From: Gammaproteobacteria bacterium
Lineage (GTDB): Bacteria; Pseudomonadota; Gammaproteobacteria; Eutrophobiales; Eutrophobiaceae
Reading direction: 5' to 3'
NCBI GenBank assembly: GCA_965221695.1
Contig: OZ244905.1
Span: 2,624,001 to 2,688,000 of the forward strand
Length of the DNA: 64,000 nucleotides
Shown: piece by piece, positions 10,226 to 22,514 of the stretch
Layout: each line of letters starts with the position of its first letter
How positions within the stretch are numbered: position 1 is the stretch's first letter
The notes under the pieces: model-generated
Seen by the model: only the letters and a program-made list of their open reading frames with translations
Told to the model about the DNA's origin: nothing
Database searches by the model: none
Translations under genes and position numbers: made by a program

Positions 10226-11716
10226 TCAGCTTTTCAACAATGCGCGGGCTGCACAGTCTCCAGCGATTTTACCGAATACCGCCCCCGACATCAGCCCGGT
10301 CCCGCCAGGATAATTGAAATAAAACAGGTTGCCTACCAGCTCCCCGGCCGCGTAGAGTCCAGGTATGGGCTGGTAATCCGTGTTTAGCGCTCTTGCATTA
10401 CTATCGATACGCAGGCCGCCAAAGGTGAAAGTCACGCCGCAGGTGACTCCGTACGCATGGAATGGCGGGCTGTCGATGGTATTGGCCCAGTTGCTCTTCG
10501 GGATGTCAAGACCGTTGGTTCCGCGGCCGTCCTTGACGTTGGGATTAAAAGGTACCGATGTCTGCACCGCCGCATTATATGCCTTGATGTGGGTCATGGC
10601 GCTGGCCGGGTCCACGCCATCGAGTTGCGCCAGCAGGCCCTTGAGGGTATCGGAGATAGCCCTGGTAACCTGTTTGATGCGGTACTCATCTCGCAACAGA
10701 TGCAGTGTCTTGGCGTCAAATATCTGGTAGGCAAAGTTGCCCGGTTGCTCCAGTATGACCCGGCCGTATTTCGCATAAGTGTAGTTTCGGAAATCAGCCC
10801 CCTCATCGACGAAACGTTCCCCACGGGCATTGATCATGATGCCGAAAGGGTAGCTGTGTTTCTGGAAGGCATCGCCTACTGCAAGGTCACCGAATTCCGG
10901 CGCGTTCCGGTCCCAGCCTACCGCGTGACAACCAGACCAGTTGCCGGCTGGAGATGCGCCGATGTCCAAGGCCATGCGAATGCCATCGCCCACGTTGTAA
11001 CGGCTGCCTCTGACCTTAGCCAGGTCCCAATTCGGGCCAAGATAACGAGCGCGCCATTCGCTGTTGGCCTCGAAACCGCCACTGGCAAGAACAGCGCTGC
11101 GGGCGTTGATGGCGTAGTTCCTGCCATTGTGGCGTACCAGCGCCCCGCACACCCGCCCATCCTGATGCAACAACTCCAGCGCCCGCGTCTCATACCGGAT
11201 ATCGATGCCTGCCTTGTTTGCAGCCCTGGTCCAGGCTTCGATCAGGCCGGGACCGCCGCCCGATGCCTCGACCGTGAGGCCGCCCCAGAATTTGAATTTT
11301 CCATTAACCTTGAACGCTTGACGGCCATATATCGGAGTAAAACGGATCCCCTTAGAGCGCATCCATAACAATGTTGAGCGACTGTTTTTAACCAGCAGTT
11401 CACACAGGTCGGGGTCGGTGCGGTAATCGGTCACCCGGCCCATGTCGTCAAAGAACTGATCTTCGCTATAGCTACCGAAATCCGTGTTAGCCAGCTCTTC
11501 CTCACTGAGGTCCGGCATAAAGGACTTCAGGTCTTCCACACCATCATAGGCCACCCTTATTGCGCCGGCGGTAAACCGGCTGTTGCCACCGGCCTCGTGT
11601 TCCGGCGAACATTCCAGCATCACTACTTTGACTCCATGCTCGCGCGCCGCCAGCGCCGCCGCAAACGCAGCATTGCCGGCGCCGACAATCAGCACGTCAG
11701 CAGATTGATCAACCAT
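10226..11716 (-). CDS. tcuA: FAD-dependent tricarballylate dehydrogenase TcuA-like flavoprotein
   Basis: DVLIVGAGNAA, GGNSRFT, GGFEAN, GVTFTFGGL, NYPGGTGL. Confidence 0.82.
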   Translation of the reverse strand: MVDQSADVLIVGAGNAAFAAALAAREHGVKVVMLECSPEHEAGGNSRFTAGAIRVAYDGVEDLKSFMPDLSEEELANTDFGSYSEDQFFDDMGRVTDYRTDPDLCELLVKNSRSTLLWMRSKGIRFTPIYGRQAFKVNGKFKFWGGLTVEASGGGPGLIEAWTRAANKAGIDIRYETRALELLHQDGRVCGALVRHNGRNYAINARSAVLASGGFEANSEWRARYLGPNWDLAKVRGSRYNVGDGIRMALDIGASPAGNWSGCHAVGWDRNAPEFGDLAVGDAFQKHSYPFGIMINARGERFVDEGADFRNYTYAKYGRVILEQPGNFAYQIFDAKTLHLLRDEYRIKQVTRAISDTLKGLLAQLDGVDPASAMTHIKAYNAAVQTSVPFNPNVKDGRGTNGLDIPKSNWANTIDSPPFHAYGVTCGVTFTFGGLRIDSNARALNTDYQPIPGLYAAGELVGNLFYFNYPGGTGLMSGAVFGKIAGDCAARALLKS

Positions 11717-11875
11717 AGGTTTATCTTACAGGAATTTATGCGCAACCGATCGATGCCGGCGCCAACTTCAGGACATCCACAGCCAATTCAGGACACCCAG
11801 CAATGTCAGCGCCATCAGAAAATTGTGAGCATCCCGAAATCAAAGGTGTGCTGAATTAGAGATGGATCTCTTACT

Positions 11876-12769
11876 TTAGGGCACGGTTTTTGCCGGTAGG
11901 GAAACGATATGGTCACAAATGGCGCCGGGGCGAGTAAACCAGACTCTGTCGGCGTCGGGGTGATTAACGATGTGCAGTAGGATATCCCGCAGGCCGGCAA
12001 GACGGTAAGGCTGGCCTGAGACGAAAGTATGCAGGGCAAGACTGAAGACCAGAGGTTGGCTGGCGCTCTGGCGCAGTTGCTCATCGAAATGGGCAGTGAC
12101 CATGCGGGTAAAGTCATCCGCGGTATGACGGCGCGTAAGTTGCGCCGGCGAATCGTTGATTTCGATGTGGTAGGGGATCGAAAGTATCGGGCCGGACCGG
12201 GTGGTCATCCAGAAGGGCTGGTCGTCTGCGCCCCAGTCAAGCAGGTAACGATAACCGGCCTCCTTAAGCAGGTCGGGCGTATGCGCGCTCTCGGAAATCC
12301 AGGGGCCCATCCAGCCGCCGGGGGTCTGCCCCTCGTGCCGGCGTATCGTTTCGGTGGTTTCACCGATTAACAGACGTTCTTCATGCTCCGAACAGCCAGC
12401 CTGTTCTTCGGAATTGGTGCGTCCATGGCCGATGAACTCGTCCCCGCGAGCGCGGATACGGGCGGGAATCTGTGGCGCGTAGTCGTAGACGGCAACATTC
12501 ATCAGGTGACAGGCCGGCAGATCGAGCTCGTCAAACAGATCGAAAATACGCCAGATACCGACTCGCAGGCCGTAATCGCGCCAGGAATAATTGCGCACGT
12601 CCGGTGGCGTGCTCGGCTGGGTAGGGGTATGCCCCAGGCCTTCGCCGAAACTGAAATGTTCGATGTTCAAGGCGAAATAGACGGCCAGCCGTTTGCCATC
12701 CGGCCAGTGGTAATCCGGTCGTTCGGAAATGGGAGAGTAGGTGTACCGGTTATGAGTTTTCAGTTCCAA
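11876..12769 (-). CDS. Polysaccharide deacetylase family (PuuE allantoinase-like) hydrolase
   Basis: WPDGKRLAV, NYSWRDYGLRVGIWR, DDQPFW, LALHTFVSGQPYR. Likely TTG start at 12769; the ORF-track start at 12835 overlaps the divergent gene. Confidence 0.85.
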   Translation of the reverse strand: MELKTHNRYTYSPISERPDYHWPDGKRLAVYFALNIEHFSFGEGLGHTPTQPSTPPDVRNYSWRDYGLRVGIWRIFDLFDELDLPACHLMNVAVYDYAPQIPARIRARGDEFIGHGRTNSEEQAGCSEHEERLLIGETTETIRRHEGQTPGGWMGPWISESAHTPDLLKEAGYRYLLDWGADDQPFWMTTRSGPILSIPYHIEINDSPAQLTRRHTADDFTRMVTAHFDEQLRQSASQPLVFSLALHTFVSGQPYRLAGLRDILLHIVNHPDADRVWFTRPGAICDHIVSLPAKTVP

Positions 12770-12815
12770 GCCGCTTGATCCGATATAGAATGGGCTACAG
12801 AATAATAGCGGAAAA

Positions 12816-14480
12816 ATGAATAACCTGAAAATCACAACACACAGCGCGGCGCAACGGCGTGAATACCGTGCCGCGGGTTTTTGGCAAGATAAAACCCTGT
12901 TTCAGATCATTCAGGACCATGCCGGTAAGACGCCGGAACGGTTTGCCGTGCGCGATCGGCATCGCCGTTTTACCTATCGGCAGCTTATCTCGGCGGCAGA
13001 ACGCCTGGCGATGGATTTGTCTGAAAACGGGGTTGAACCTGGCCAACAGGTGGCGGTCTGGTTACCGAATCGGTTGGAAACCGTGATTGTTCTGCTGGCC
13101 TGTTCAAGAAACCGCTATAGTTGCTGCCCTTCCTTACACCGCAATCACACGGTTGCGGAGATCATACAGATACTGGATCGTTTTCATGCTGCCGCGCTGA
13201 TCAGCGAGAAGGGCTATGGCGCGGATGCGGACCGATGCGATGTCGATGCTGAACTGGCGCGCTTGAAGCATCCTCCCAAGCGCTATGCCCTGCAACCGCT
13301 CAGGTCGAACAATGCCGGGAGACCCGTTTTTGGTCATTTACTGAAGTCTCAGCCTCGCGCGGATTTTGCCGCGCTGCCGGCACAACCGGATCCCGACACA
13401 CACGTCTACCTGGCGCTGACGTCGGGAACCACCGGCGCGCCCAAAGGCGTCATGCACAGTGACAATACTCTGCTGGCCAACGCCCGCGCCATGGCCGCGG
13501 ACTGGCATTTCAGCGCTGCTTCAGTCATCTATACATTGAGTCCGTTGAGCCATAACCTGGGTTTCGGGGCTATGGTCAGCGCGCTGTACAGCGGGGCAGA
13601 GGTCGTGTTGAGTCAGCTTGCCCCGGGTGAATCCCTGGTTGATGACCTGCTCAGGACCGAGGCGACATTTATCTACGGTGTGCCGGCCCATGCCGTTGAC
13701 CTGTTGATGGAGTTAAAGGAACCGGGGAACAAGGCGCCCGAAAAAATCACGGGTTTCCGTATATCCGGCGCGCAGGCGCCCGCAGATGTCGTCGCGGAGT
13801 TGCTGGACTATGGCATCATGCCGCAAACGGGCTACGGCATGACGGAAGCCCATTCCCACAACTATACCTTGCCTGACACTGTCCCTGAGCGGATTATCGG
13901 GACGGCAGGACGAGCCTGTCCCGGCTACCAACTCAAAATCTGGTCTCTCGATAACAATGATATGGAATTGGGTGTTGGTGAGGTCGGTCAGATTGGCGGG
14001 AAAGGGGCCAGCCTGATGCTGGGGTATTTTGAGGATGAAGCGGCTACGGCTGGTTCATTGAATTCGGACGGCTGGTTTATGACCGGGGACCTGGGCAGCC
14101 TGGACAAAGACGGCTATCTGCATATTATGGGGCGTATCAAGGACGTGATCATCCGCGGCGGCCATAACATTTACCCGGCCCGAATAGAACAGCTTGCCGC
14201 GCGCCACCCTGACATCGATAAGGCTGCTGCGATACCGATCCCGGATAAGCGTCTGGGAGAAAAAGTATGCCTGGTGATTAAACCGGCCAATAGTGTTGGT
14301 CCTGACCCGAAGCAAATTCTCAAACGTCTTGAGGATGAAGGATTGTCGAAATACGACATGCCCGAGTACCTGCTCGAGATTGATGACATGCCGATGACCC
14401 CTGGGGGCAAGGTTAATAAGCGTGACCTGCTTGCCTTAATCAACGCCGGTCGGGTCAATCCGCAACCGGTCAAGAGATAA
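12816..14480 (+). CDS. Acyl-CoA synthetase (AMP-forming; cyclohexanecarboxylate/aryl-CoA ligase-like)
   Basis: TSGTTGAPKG, GYGMTE, WFMTGDLG, GRIKDVIIRGGHN, GKVNK. Confidence 0.9.
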   Translation: MNNLKITTHSAAQRREYRAAGFWQDKTLFQIIQDHAGKTPERFAVRDRHRRFTYRQLISAAERLAMDLSENGVEPGQQVAVWLPNRLETVIVLLACSRNRYSCCPSLHRNHTVAEIIQILDRFHAAALISEKGYGADADRCDVDAELARLKHPPKRYALQPLRSNNAGRPVFGHLLKSQPRADFAALPAQPDPDTHVYLALTSGTTGAPKGVMHSDNTLLANARAMAADWHFSAASVIYTLSPLSHNLGFGAMVSALYSGAEVVLSQLAPGESLVDDLLRTEATFIYGVPAHAVDLLMELKEPGNKAPEKITGFRISGAQAPADVVAELLDYGIMPQTGYGMTEAHSHNYTLPDTVPERIIGTAGRACPGYQLKIWSLDNNDMELGVGEVGQIGGKGASLMLGYFEDEAATAGSLNSDGWFMTGDLGSLDKDGYLHIMGRIKDVIIRGGHNIYPARIEQLAARHPDIDKAAAIPIPDKRLGEKVCLVIKPANSVGPDPKQILKRLEDEGLSKYDMPEYLLEIDDMPMTPGGKVNKRDLLALINAGRVNPQPVKR

Positions 14481-14485
14481 GGATT

Positions 14486-15475
14486 ATGCGAGCGGTCATC
14501 GTCACTGAATTTGGAGAGATTGAGGCGACCGGATTCGGCGAAATGCCGCAACCGTTGCCCGGTCCCGGTGAAATACTCGTCAACATCAAGGCTGTTGCGG
14601 TGAATTACGTGGACTTGTTGGTGATAGCGGGAAATTACCAGTTTCGTCCGGAGCGCCCGTTTGTGCCCGGCAAGGCCCCTGCCGGGGTGGTGGAAGCGGT
14701 GGGTGAGGAAGTGGACCAATTCAAAGTCGGTGACCGGATCCTGGCCATGGCGGAGGAGGGCGGCTATGCGGAACGGGTAAAGGTTGCCGAAGACCAATGT
14801 TATCGCCTTCCCGCCTTGATGTCTTTCGCCGATGCCGCGGCAATGGCGCTGGTTTACGATACGGCCTGGGTAGCTTTGCGGGACAGGGCGCGTATCCGGA
14901 AAGATGAGGTAGCGCTGGTTCTGGGCGCGTCAGGTGGTGTGGGTTATGCGGCCTTGCAGCTTGCGCGCGCCATGGGCGCGAAAACACTGGCCGGCATATC
15001 CAGCCCGGAAAAAAAGGATATGGCGCTTGAAGCAGGAGCCGGGGCAATAATCGACCTCAGCGCCCCCGACCTGCGAGAAGATCTGCGCCGGCAGGTATTT
15101 GAGGCCAACCGGGGACGAGGCGCCGATGTCATACTGGACCCATTAGGGGATGATATTTTTGATGCGGCAATACGCGCGCTTGCCTGGTGCGGAAGAATGG
15201 TGGTTATCGGTTTCGCCGCGGGTCGGATTCCCGTTATCAAGGCCAATTATCTGCTCCTGAAAAACATTGAGGTGAGCGGTTTGCAAGTAAGTGATTATCG
15301 CAAGCGCAAACCGGGGTTGATGAAAGAATGTTTCGCGGAGATATTCGCGCTCTATGAAGCAGGAAAAATCAAACCGGCCCCAATCACCCGGTTTCCACTG
15401 GAAGATTACCGGTCTGCGCTTATCCAGGTCCGTGACCGGCGCGCGCGCGGCCGGATCGTCCTGACAATGGAGTAG
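14486..15475 (+). CDS. NADPH:quinone oxidoreductase (zeta-crystallin/MDR family)
   Basis: GASGGVG, GFAAGRIP..ANYLLLKN; no Zn-ligand motifs seen. Confidence 0.88.
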   Translation: MRAVIVTEFGEIEATGFGEMPQPLPGPGEILVNIKAVAVNYVDLLVIAGNYQFRPERPFVPGKAPAGVVEAVGEEVDQFKVGDRILAMAEEGGYAERVKVAEDQCYRLPALMSFADAAAMALVYDTAWVALRDRARIRKDEVALVLGASGGVGYAALQLARAMGAKTLAGISSPEKKDMALEAGAGAIIDLSAPDLREDLRRQVFEANRGRGADVILDPLGDDIFDAAIRALAWCGRMVVIGFAAGRIPVIKANYLLLKNIEVSGLQVSDYRKRKPGLMKECFAEIFALYEAGKIKPAPITRFPLEDYRSALIQVRDRRARGRIVLTME

Positions 15476-15488
15476 AAGGCGGCCAGCG

Positions 15489-16526
15489 CTAAACTGAAAA
15501 AGAGTTCTTCAAGTCTGCAATGAATTGACCGATATGCTCCTCGGTCGTATCCCAGGAACACATCAGGCGCGCGCCTGTGGCGCCGCTTACGATGTGGTAA
15601 ATCCAGCCTTTTTCCCGCATTGATCGGTGAACGGCCTCAGGAAAGCTGACAAACACCGCATTGCTTTCCACCGGCGCCAGTAATTCGGTCCCGGCAAACT
15701 GTTCCAGCCCCGCGGCCAGCAGGGCTGCGCAACGGTTCGCATGGCGGGCGTGTTTCAGCCAGGCCCCGTTTTCCAGTAAGCCAACCCAGGGCGCGCAGAG
15801 AAAGCGCATCTTGGATGCCACGTGGCCGGCCTGTTTACAGCGATGACCGAATTCGGCGGACAGTGATTTATCAAAAAATATAATGGCTTCCCCGACAGGC
15901 AAAGCCAGTTTCGTCGCGCCGAAAGACAGCGCGTCCACCCCCGCCTGCCAGGTCGCCTCTTTTGGCGTCACTCCCAGGGCGGCAACGGCGTTGGCGAACC
16001 TGGCGCCGTCCATGTGGAAGCGCAGATGATTGTCTTTTGCCACCTTGCCGATGGCTGCTATTTCATCCACCGAATAAACGGCGCCCATTTCCGTCGATTG
16101 CGTGATGGATATCGCTTTGTGAATCTGGTAGTGAAAATCGAAGGGTTGTTGCAAAACACGTTCTATATCATCGGGCTGAATCTTCCCGGCATCACCGTCC
16201 AGAATTTCCATCCCGGCGCCGCCGGAGAAAAAAGCCGGGCCACCGCACTCGGCGGTAGCGATATGAGCAAGCTTATGGCAGATGATCTTATGCTGCGGCC
16301 GGCAGATGCCGGCCAGGGACAGGGAATTGGCCGCGGTGCCGGTGAATACAAAATAAACGTCACAGTCCGTCTCGAATACTTTACGAACCATATCTGAAGC
16401 TTTTGCAGTCCATTCATCTTCCCCGTATGCGGCGGCAAAGCCCTGGTTGGCATCGGACAAGGCGGCCCATGCCTCGGGTATTATCCCGGCGGTGTTGTCA
16501 CTGGCGAAGTGGTATTTCATGCTCAT
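15489..16526 (-). CDS. ltaE: Low-specificity L-threonine aldolase
   Basis: FASDNTAG, AYGEDEWT, HMDGARFANA, LSFGATK (PLP Lys), SKMRF. Confidence 0.88.
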   Translation of the reverse strand: MSMKYHFASDNTAGIIPEAWAALSDANQGFAAAYGEDEWTAKASDMVRKVFETDCDVYFVFTGTAANSLSLAGICRPQHKIICHKLAHIATAECGGPAFFSGGAGMEILDGDAGKIQPDDIERVLQQPFDFHYQIHKAISITQSTEMGAVYSVDEIAAIGKVAKDNHLRFHMDGARFANAVAALGVTPKEATWQAGVDALSFGATKLALPVGEAIIFFDKSLSAEFGHRCKQAGHVASKMRFLCAPWVGLLENGAWLKHARHANRCAALLAAGLEQFAGTELLAPVESNAVFVSFPEAVHRSMREKGWIYHIVSGATGARLMCSWDTTEEHIGQFIADLKNSFSV

Positions 16527-16775
16527 GGGTTGCGCTCCAGGCCTCTTTCCGAGTTGTTCCTACTCTAATGAAGTAGTATCAAGGTATCAACTGCAACCCG
16601 CAGCTTGGATGATCCTTGACACTGGCCAGTGCCTTCGGTTATTATAGCCTTTTGGCAACCACCACTCCTAGCCTAAGCTTCCCTTGGTCCAAAAGCAGCG
16701 TACTGACGCCTTTTCCGAGGGGGCATAAATGTTCAAAATTCAACCACACAGTTCGTGAGGAGGACGGCATCTGAC

Positions 16776-19301
<2,526 letters not shown>

Positions 19302-19368
19302 CCGGCTTGCGGCCAACAAGCGCCGTGTGGGGCGTCAGACCGTGTATCTGGAAAAAGTTACAATATAG

Positions 19369-20433
19369 CTACGGATAGTGAGCCCGAATCGCTTCATCGT
19401 AGGGACTTCGCAGGATACCCCGTTCGGTGATGATACCCGTAATCAGGTCATTGGGCGTGACATCGAAGGCAGGGTTGCCGGCCTTAACGTTATCCGGCGC
19501 AGTCCGATGTCCGGCCCAGTGGGTAACCTCATCCGGCGCCCGCTCTTCGATCGGAATGTCGTCGCCGCTTGCGGCATCCAGGTCAATGCTTGAGTAGGGA
19601 ATGGCAATATAGAACGGAATCTTGAAATGGCGCGCCAGGATGGCAAGCCCCAGGGTGCCGATCTTGTTGGCGGCGTCACCATTGGCGGCGACCCGGTCGG
19701 CGCCGGTGATGACCAGATCGATCTTGTTCCGGGCCATCATCGTCGCGGCCATATTATCGCAGATCAGGGTAACGTCAATACCGGCCTGCAGCAGTTCCCA
19801 GGACGTCAGACGCGCGCCTTGCAGCAGGGGCCGGGTTTCATCCACGAATACATTGAAGTCGATACCCTCCCGGTGGGCCAGGTACATGGGCGCGGTAGCC
19901 GTTCCTAGTTCGGATGTAGCCAGTTGACCGGCATTGCAATGGGTGAGTATGCCCATCCCTTGCTTAATCAACGTTTTTCCGGCTACGCCGATATCCCGGC
20001 ACATGCGCCGGTCTTCATCGTGAATGCGGATTGCCTCGGCCAGCAGTTCCGTGTGCATTTCTTCCGGTCCGGCGCCGATCATTTCCAGGACATGCTTTAC
20101 CTGACGGCGCAGGGCCCAGCGCAGATTTACCCCTGTCGGACGCGCAGCTTCCAAGCGGGCGGCCTCATTGTGCATTTCGGCGATGAATGACTCCCGGTCC
20201 AGGCGCAGTTTGTCGCGCAGCGCGACGACCAGGCCATAGGCCCCGGCGATACCAATTGCCGGGGCGCCGCGCACCTTGAGTTGCTTTATTGAAGCGCAGA
20301 CCTGGGCGGCGGTGCTTTGCCGTTCTTCTATGATCTCCCCCGGCAGCCTGGTCTGGTCCAGCAGGTATAACTCGCCGTCTTGCCAGCGCACCGGCTGAAC
20401 CGGGGAGGGAACGGAATGGGCTGAAGCAGTCAC
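19369..20433 (-). CDS. mtnA: S-methyl-5-thioribose-1-phosphate isomerase
   Basis: LLDQTRLP, VRGAPAIG, RPTGVNL, LTHCNAG, DETRPLLQGARLT, ANKIGT, NPAFDVTP. GTG start at 20433. Confidence 0.93.
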   Translation of the reverse strand: MTASAHSVPSPVQPVRWQDGELYLLDQTRLPGEIIEERQSTAAQVCASIKQLKVRGAPAIGIAGAYGLVVALRDKLRLDRESFIAEMHNEAARLEAARPTGVNLRWALRRQVKHVLEMIGAGPEEMHTELLAEAIRIHDEDRRMCRDIGVAGKTLIKQGMGILTHCNAGQLATSELGTATAPMYLAHREGIDFNVFVDETRPLLQGARLTSWELLQAGIDVTLICDNMAATMMARNKIDLVITGADRVAANGDAANKIGTLGLAILARHFKIPFYIAIPYSSIDLDAASGDDIPIEERAPDEVTHWAGHRTAPDNVKAGNPAFDVTPNDLITGIITERGILRSPYDEAIRAHYP

Positions 20434-20440
20434 CTTGAAT

Positions 20441-21217
20441 TCAGGTCCCGGTAAACCGGGGTTCTCTTTTTTCCAGGAATGCCGTAACGCCTTCCCTGCA
20501 GTCGGCGCTGTCGAAACACAGGCGCTGCAGGGCGGCTTCCGCTTTGATGGCCTCTGCATAGCTGAGTGTCGGGGCCTGGCGCATCATTTTTTTGGTGCGC
20601 GCCAGCGCCAGTGGCGCTTTATCTGCAAGTTTCATCGCCCAATCACGAGCTGCGGTCGCCAATTCATCATCTTTTACGACCTTGTTGACCAGGCCCAGTT
20701 CCGCGCAGCGCGTGGCGGGCATACGGTCATTTTCGACCGCCATTTGATAAGCGTTCATGTATCCCATGGCGCGGGTCAGCAACCAGGTCGAGCCGCCGTC
20801 CGGCACGAGGCCGATGGTGTTGAACGGGCACAACATAAACGCGTTTTCTCCCATTACTGACAGGTCGCATACCAAGGCATAGGACAGGCCGATACCGGCG
20901 GCAAACCCATTGATGGCGCTGATGACCGGTTTATCCATCTCTGCGATGTCGATCAGGCTGGGCCGGTATTCTTCGTTTACTATCTGCTCAACCTCCGCCC
21001 CGGTCCTGAAGCCCGCCTTCAAATCCGCGCCGGCGCTGAAACAGCGGCCGGCGCCGGTGAGTATGACCGCGCGTATCGCCGTATCATCACGAGCCCGTGA
21101 GGTGGCCGCAGCCAGGTCCGCCCGCATTTCCCGGTCAAACGAATTCAGCGCATCAGGGCGGTTGAGGGTGATCGTAGCAACGGCGCCCTCGGTCGCATAT
21201 AAAACGGTATCTGACAT
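20441..21217 (-). CDS. Enoyl-CoA hydratase/isomerase (crotonase superfamily)
   Basis: ITLNRPDALN, FSAGADL, KPVISAINGFAAG, IGLVPDGG, EGVTAFLEKREPRF. Start MSDT at 21217. Confidence 0.9.
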   Translation of the reverse strand: MSDTVLYATEGAVATITLNRPDALNSFDREMRADLAAATSRARDDTAIRAVILTGAGRCFSAGADLKAGFRTGAEVEQIVNEEYRPSLIDIAEMDKPVISAINGFAAGIGLSYALVCDLSVMGENAFMLCPFNTIGLVPDGGSTWLLTRAMGYMNAYQMAVENDRMPATRCAELGLVNKVVKDDELATAARDWAMKLADKAPLALARTKKMMRQAPTLSYAEAIKAEAALQRLCFDSADCREGVTAFLEKREPRFTGT

Positions 21218-21292
21218 GTTACAATCTCCTGTCCGTATCACTATTGTTATTCGCCAGGTCGGCGCTGAGTCCAGAGTATCACGCAATACCCG

Positions 21293-22435
21293 ATGAGATC
21301 GAAAAAAATGGAACCGTTGCCGGATAGCGACCCGTTGTTGCTGACGCCCGGTCCTTTGACCACATCTGTGACCGTCAAACAGGCCATGCTGCATGATTAC
21401 GGTTCGCGGGACGACCGTTTCATCGAACTGAACCGGCGGGTCTGCGCAGAACTGCTTTCCCTGTGTGACGCCGCGGACACACATTTATGCATTCCCCTGC
21501 AGGGTAGCGGTTCATTTGCGGTGGAAGCTATGATCGCCAACCAGTTGCCGCGTGACGGGAAGCTGCTTAACTTGGTGAACGGCGCTTACGGTCGTCGCAT
21601 CACGGAAATCTGCCGCTACCTGGGCAGGGAGGTCAGAACGCTCGAAACGCCTGAAGATCAACCTGTCGCTCTGTCCGGTCTGGACCAGGCGCTGGTCGCC
21701 GACGACAGCGTCACGCATGTTGCGCTGGTGTATTGCGAAACCACTTCAGGCATATTAAATCCTGTATCGGCTGTGGCGCAGGTAGTAGCTGAGCGCGGAC
21801 GAAAACTTTTGATCGATGCCATGAGCGCATTCGGCGCGCTACCTCTAAGCGCCGCTGAAGTTCCATTTGCCGCGCTGGCCGCATCCGCCAATAAGTGTTT
21901 AGAGAGCGTGCCCGGTTTAGGGTTTGTGATTGCGAGCCAGGACTCATTCTCCGCCACCGAGGGCAATGCCCACTCGTTGAGTCTGGATCTGTACCGGCAA
22001 TGGCATTACATGAATGAAACCGGCCAATGGCGCTTTACGCCGCCCACCCACTGCCTGCTGGCGCTGGACACGGCTTTGCGGGAACTCGAACAGGAAGGCA
22101 GTATTGCGGGACGGCGCAGACGTTACCGGGAAAACTGCCGCGTGCTTGTGAACGGGATGCGGGAACTCGGCTTCAAGACCCTATTGCCTGACGAGTTGCA
22201 GGCGCCGGTCATTGTGACGTTTCTGGCGCCGGAGACTGCATCATTCAACTTCCCCGAGTTTTACCGCCGGTTAGGCGAACTGGGTTATGTTATATATCCC
22301 GGCAAATTAACGCATAAGGACAGTTTCAGGATTGGCTGTATCGGACGCTTCGGCCCGGACGAAATGCGGAATGCGGTGTCAGCGGTAAAAACGGTATCAG
22401 AGCAGATGAATCTTGCAAACGTCAGGATCAGTTAG
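21293..22435 (+). CDS. phnW: 2-aminoethylphosphonate--pyruvate transaminase
   Basis: LLTPGPLTTS, CETTSGILNP, IDAMSAFG, SANKC, QWRFTPPTH, IYPGKLT, FRIGCIG. Confidence 0.92.
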   Translation: MRSKKMEPLPDSDPLLLTPGPLTTSVTVKQAMLHDYGSRDDRFIELNRRVCAELLSLCDAADTHLCIPLQGSGSFAVEAMIANQLPRDGKLLNLVNGAYGRRITEICRYLGREVRTLETPEDQPVALSGLDQALVADDSVTHVALVYCETTSGILNPVSAVAQVVAERGRKLLIDAMSAFGALPLSAAEVPFAALAASANKCLESVPGLGFVIASQDSFSATEGNAHSLSLDLYRQWHYMNETGQWRFTPPTHCLLALDTALRELEQEGSIAGRRRRYRENCRVLVNGMRELGFKTLLPDELQAPVIVTFLAPETASFNFPEFYRRLGELGYVIYPGKLTHKDSFRIGCIGRFGPDEMRNAVSAVKTVSEQMNLANVRIS

Positions 22436-22514
22436 CCCGGCAACATCCAAGTGTGCCCACTGAATAACTGTTACAGCCACGCATGTTACTATAACTGCAA
22501 ATCATTTATTACAT

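Noticed and set aside
20441-21484. Extended N-termini given by the ORF track (also 5805-6494, 19369-20559, 24618, 31221, 36448, 62951)
   Set aside because: The extensions overlap neighbouring genes or repeats and lack family similarity, so downstream starts were used.
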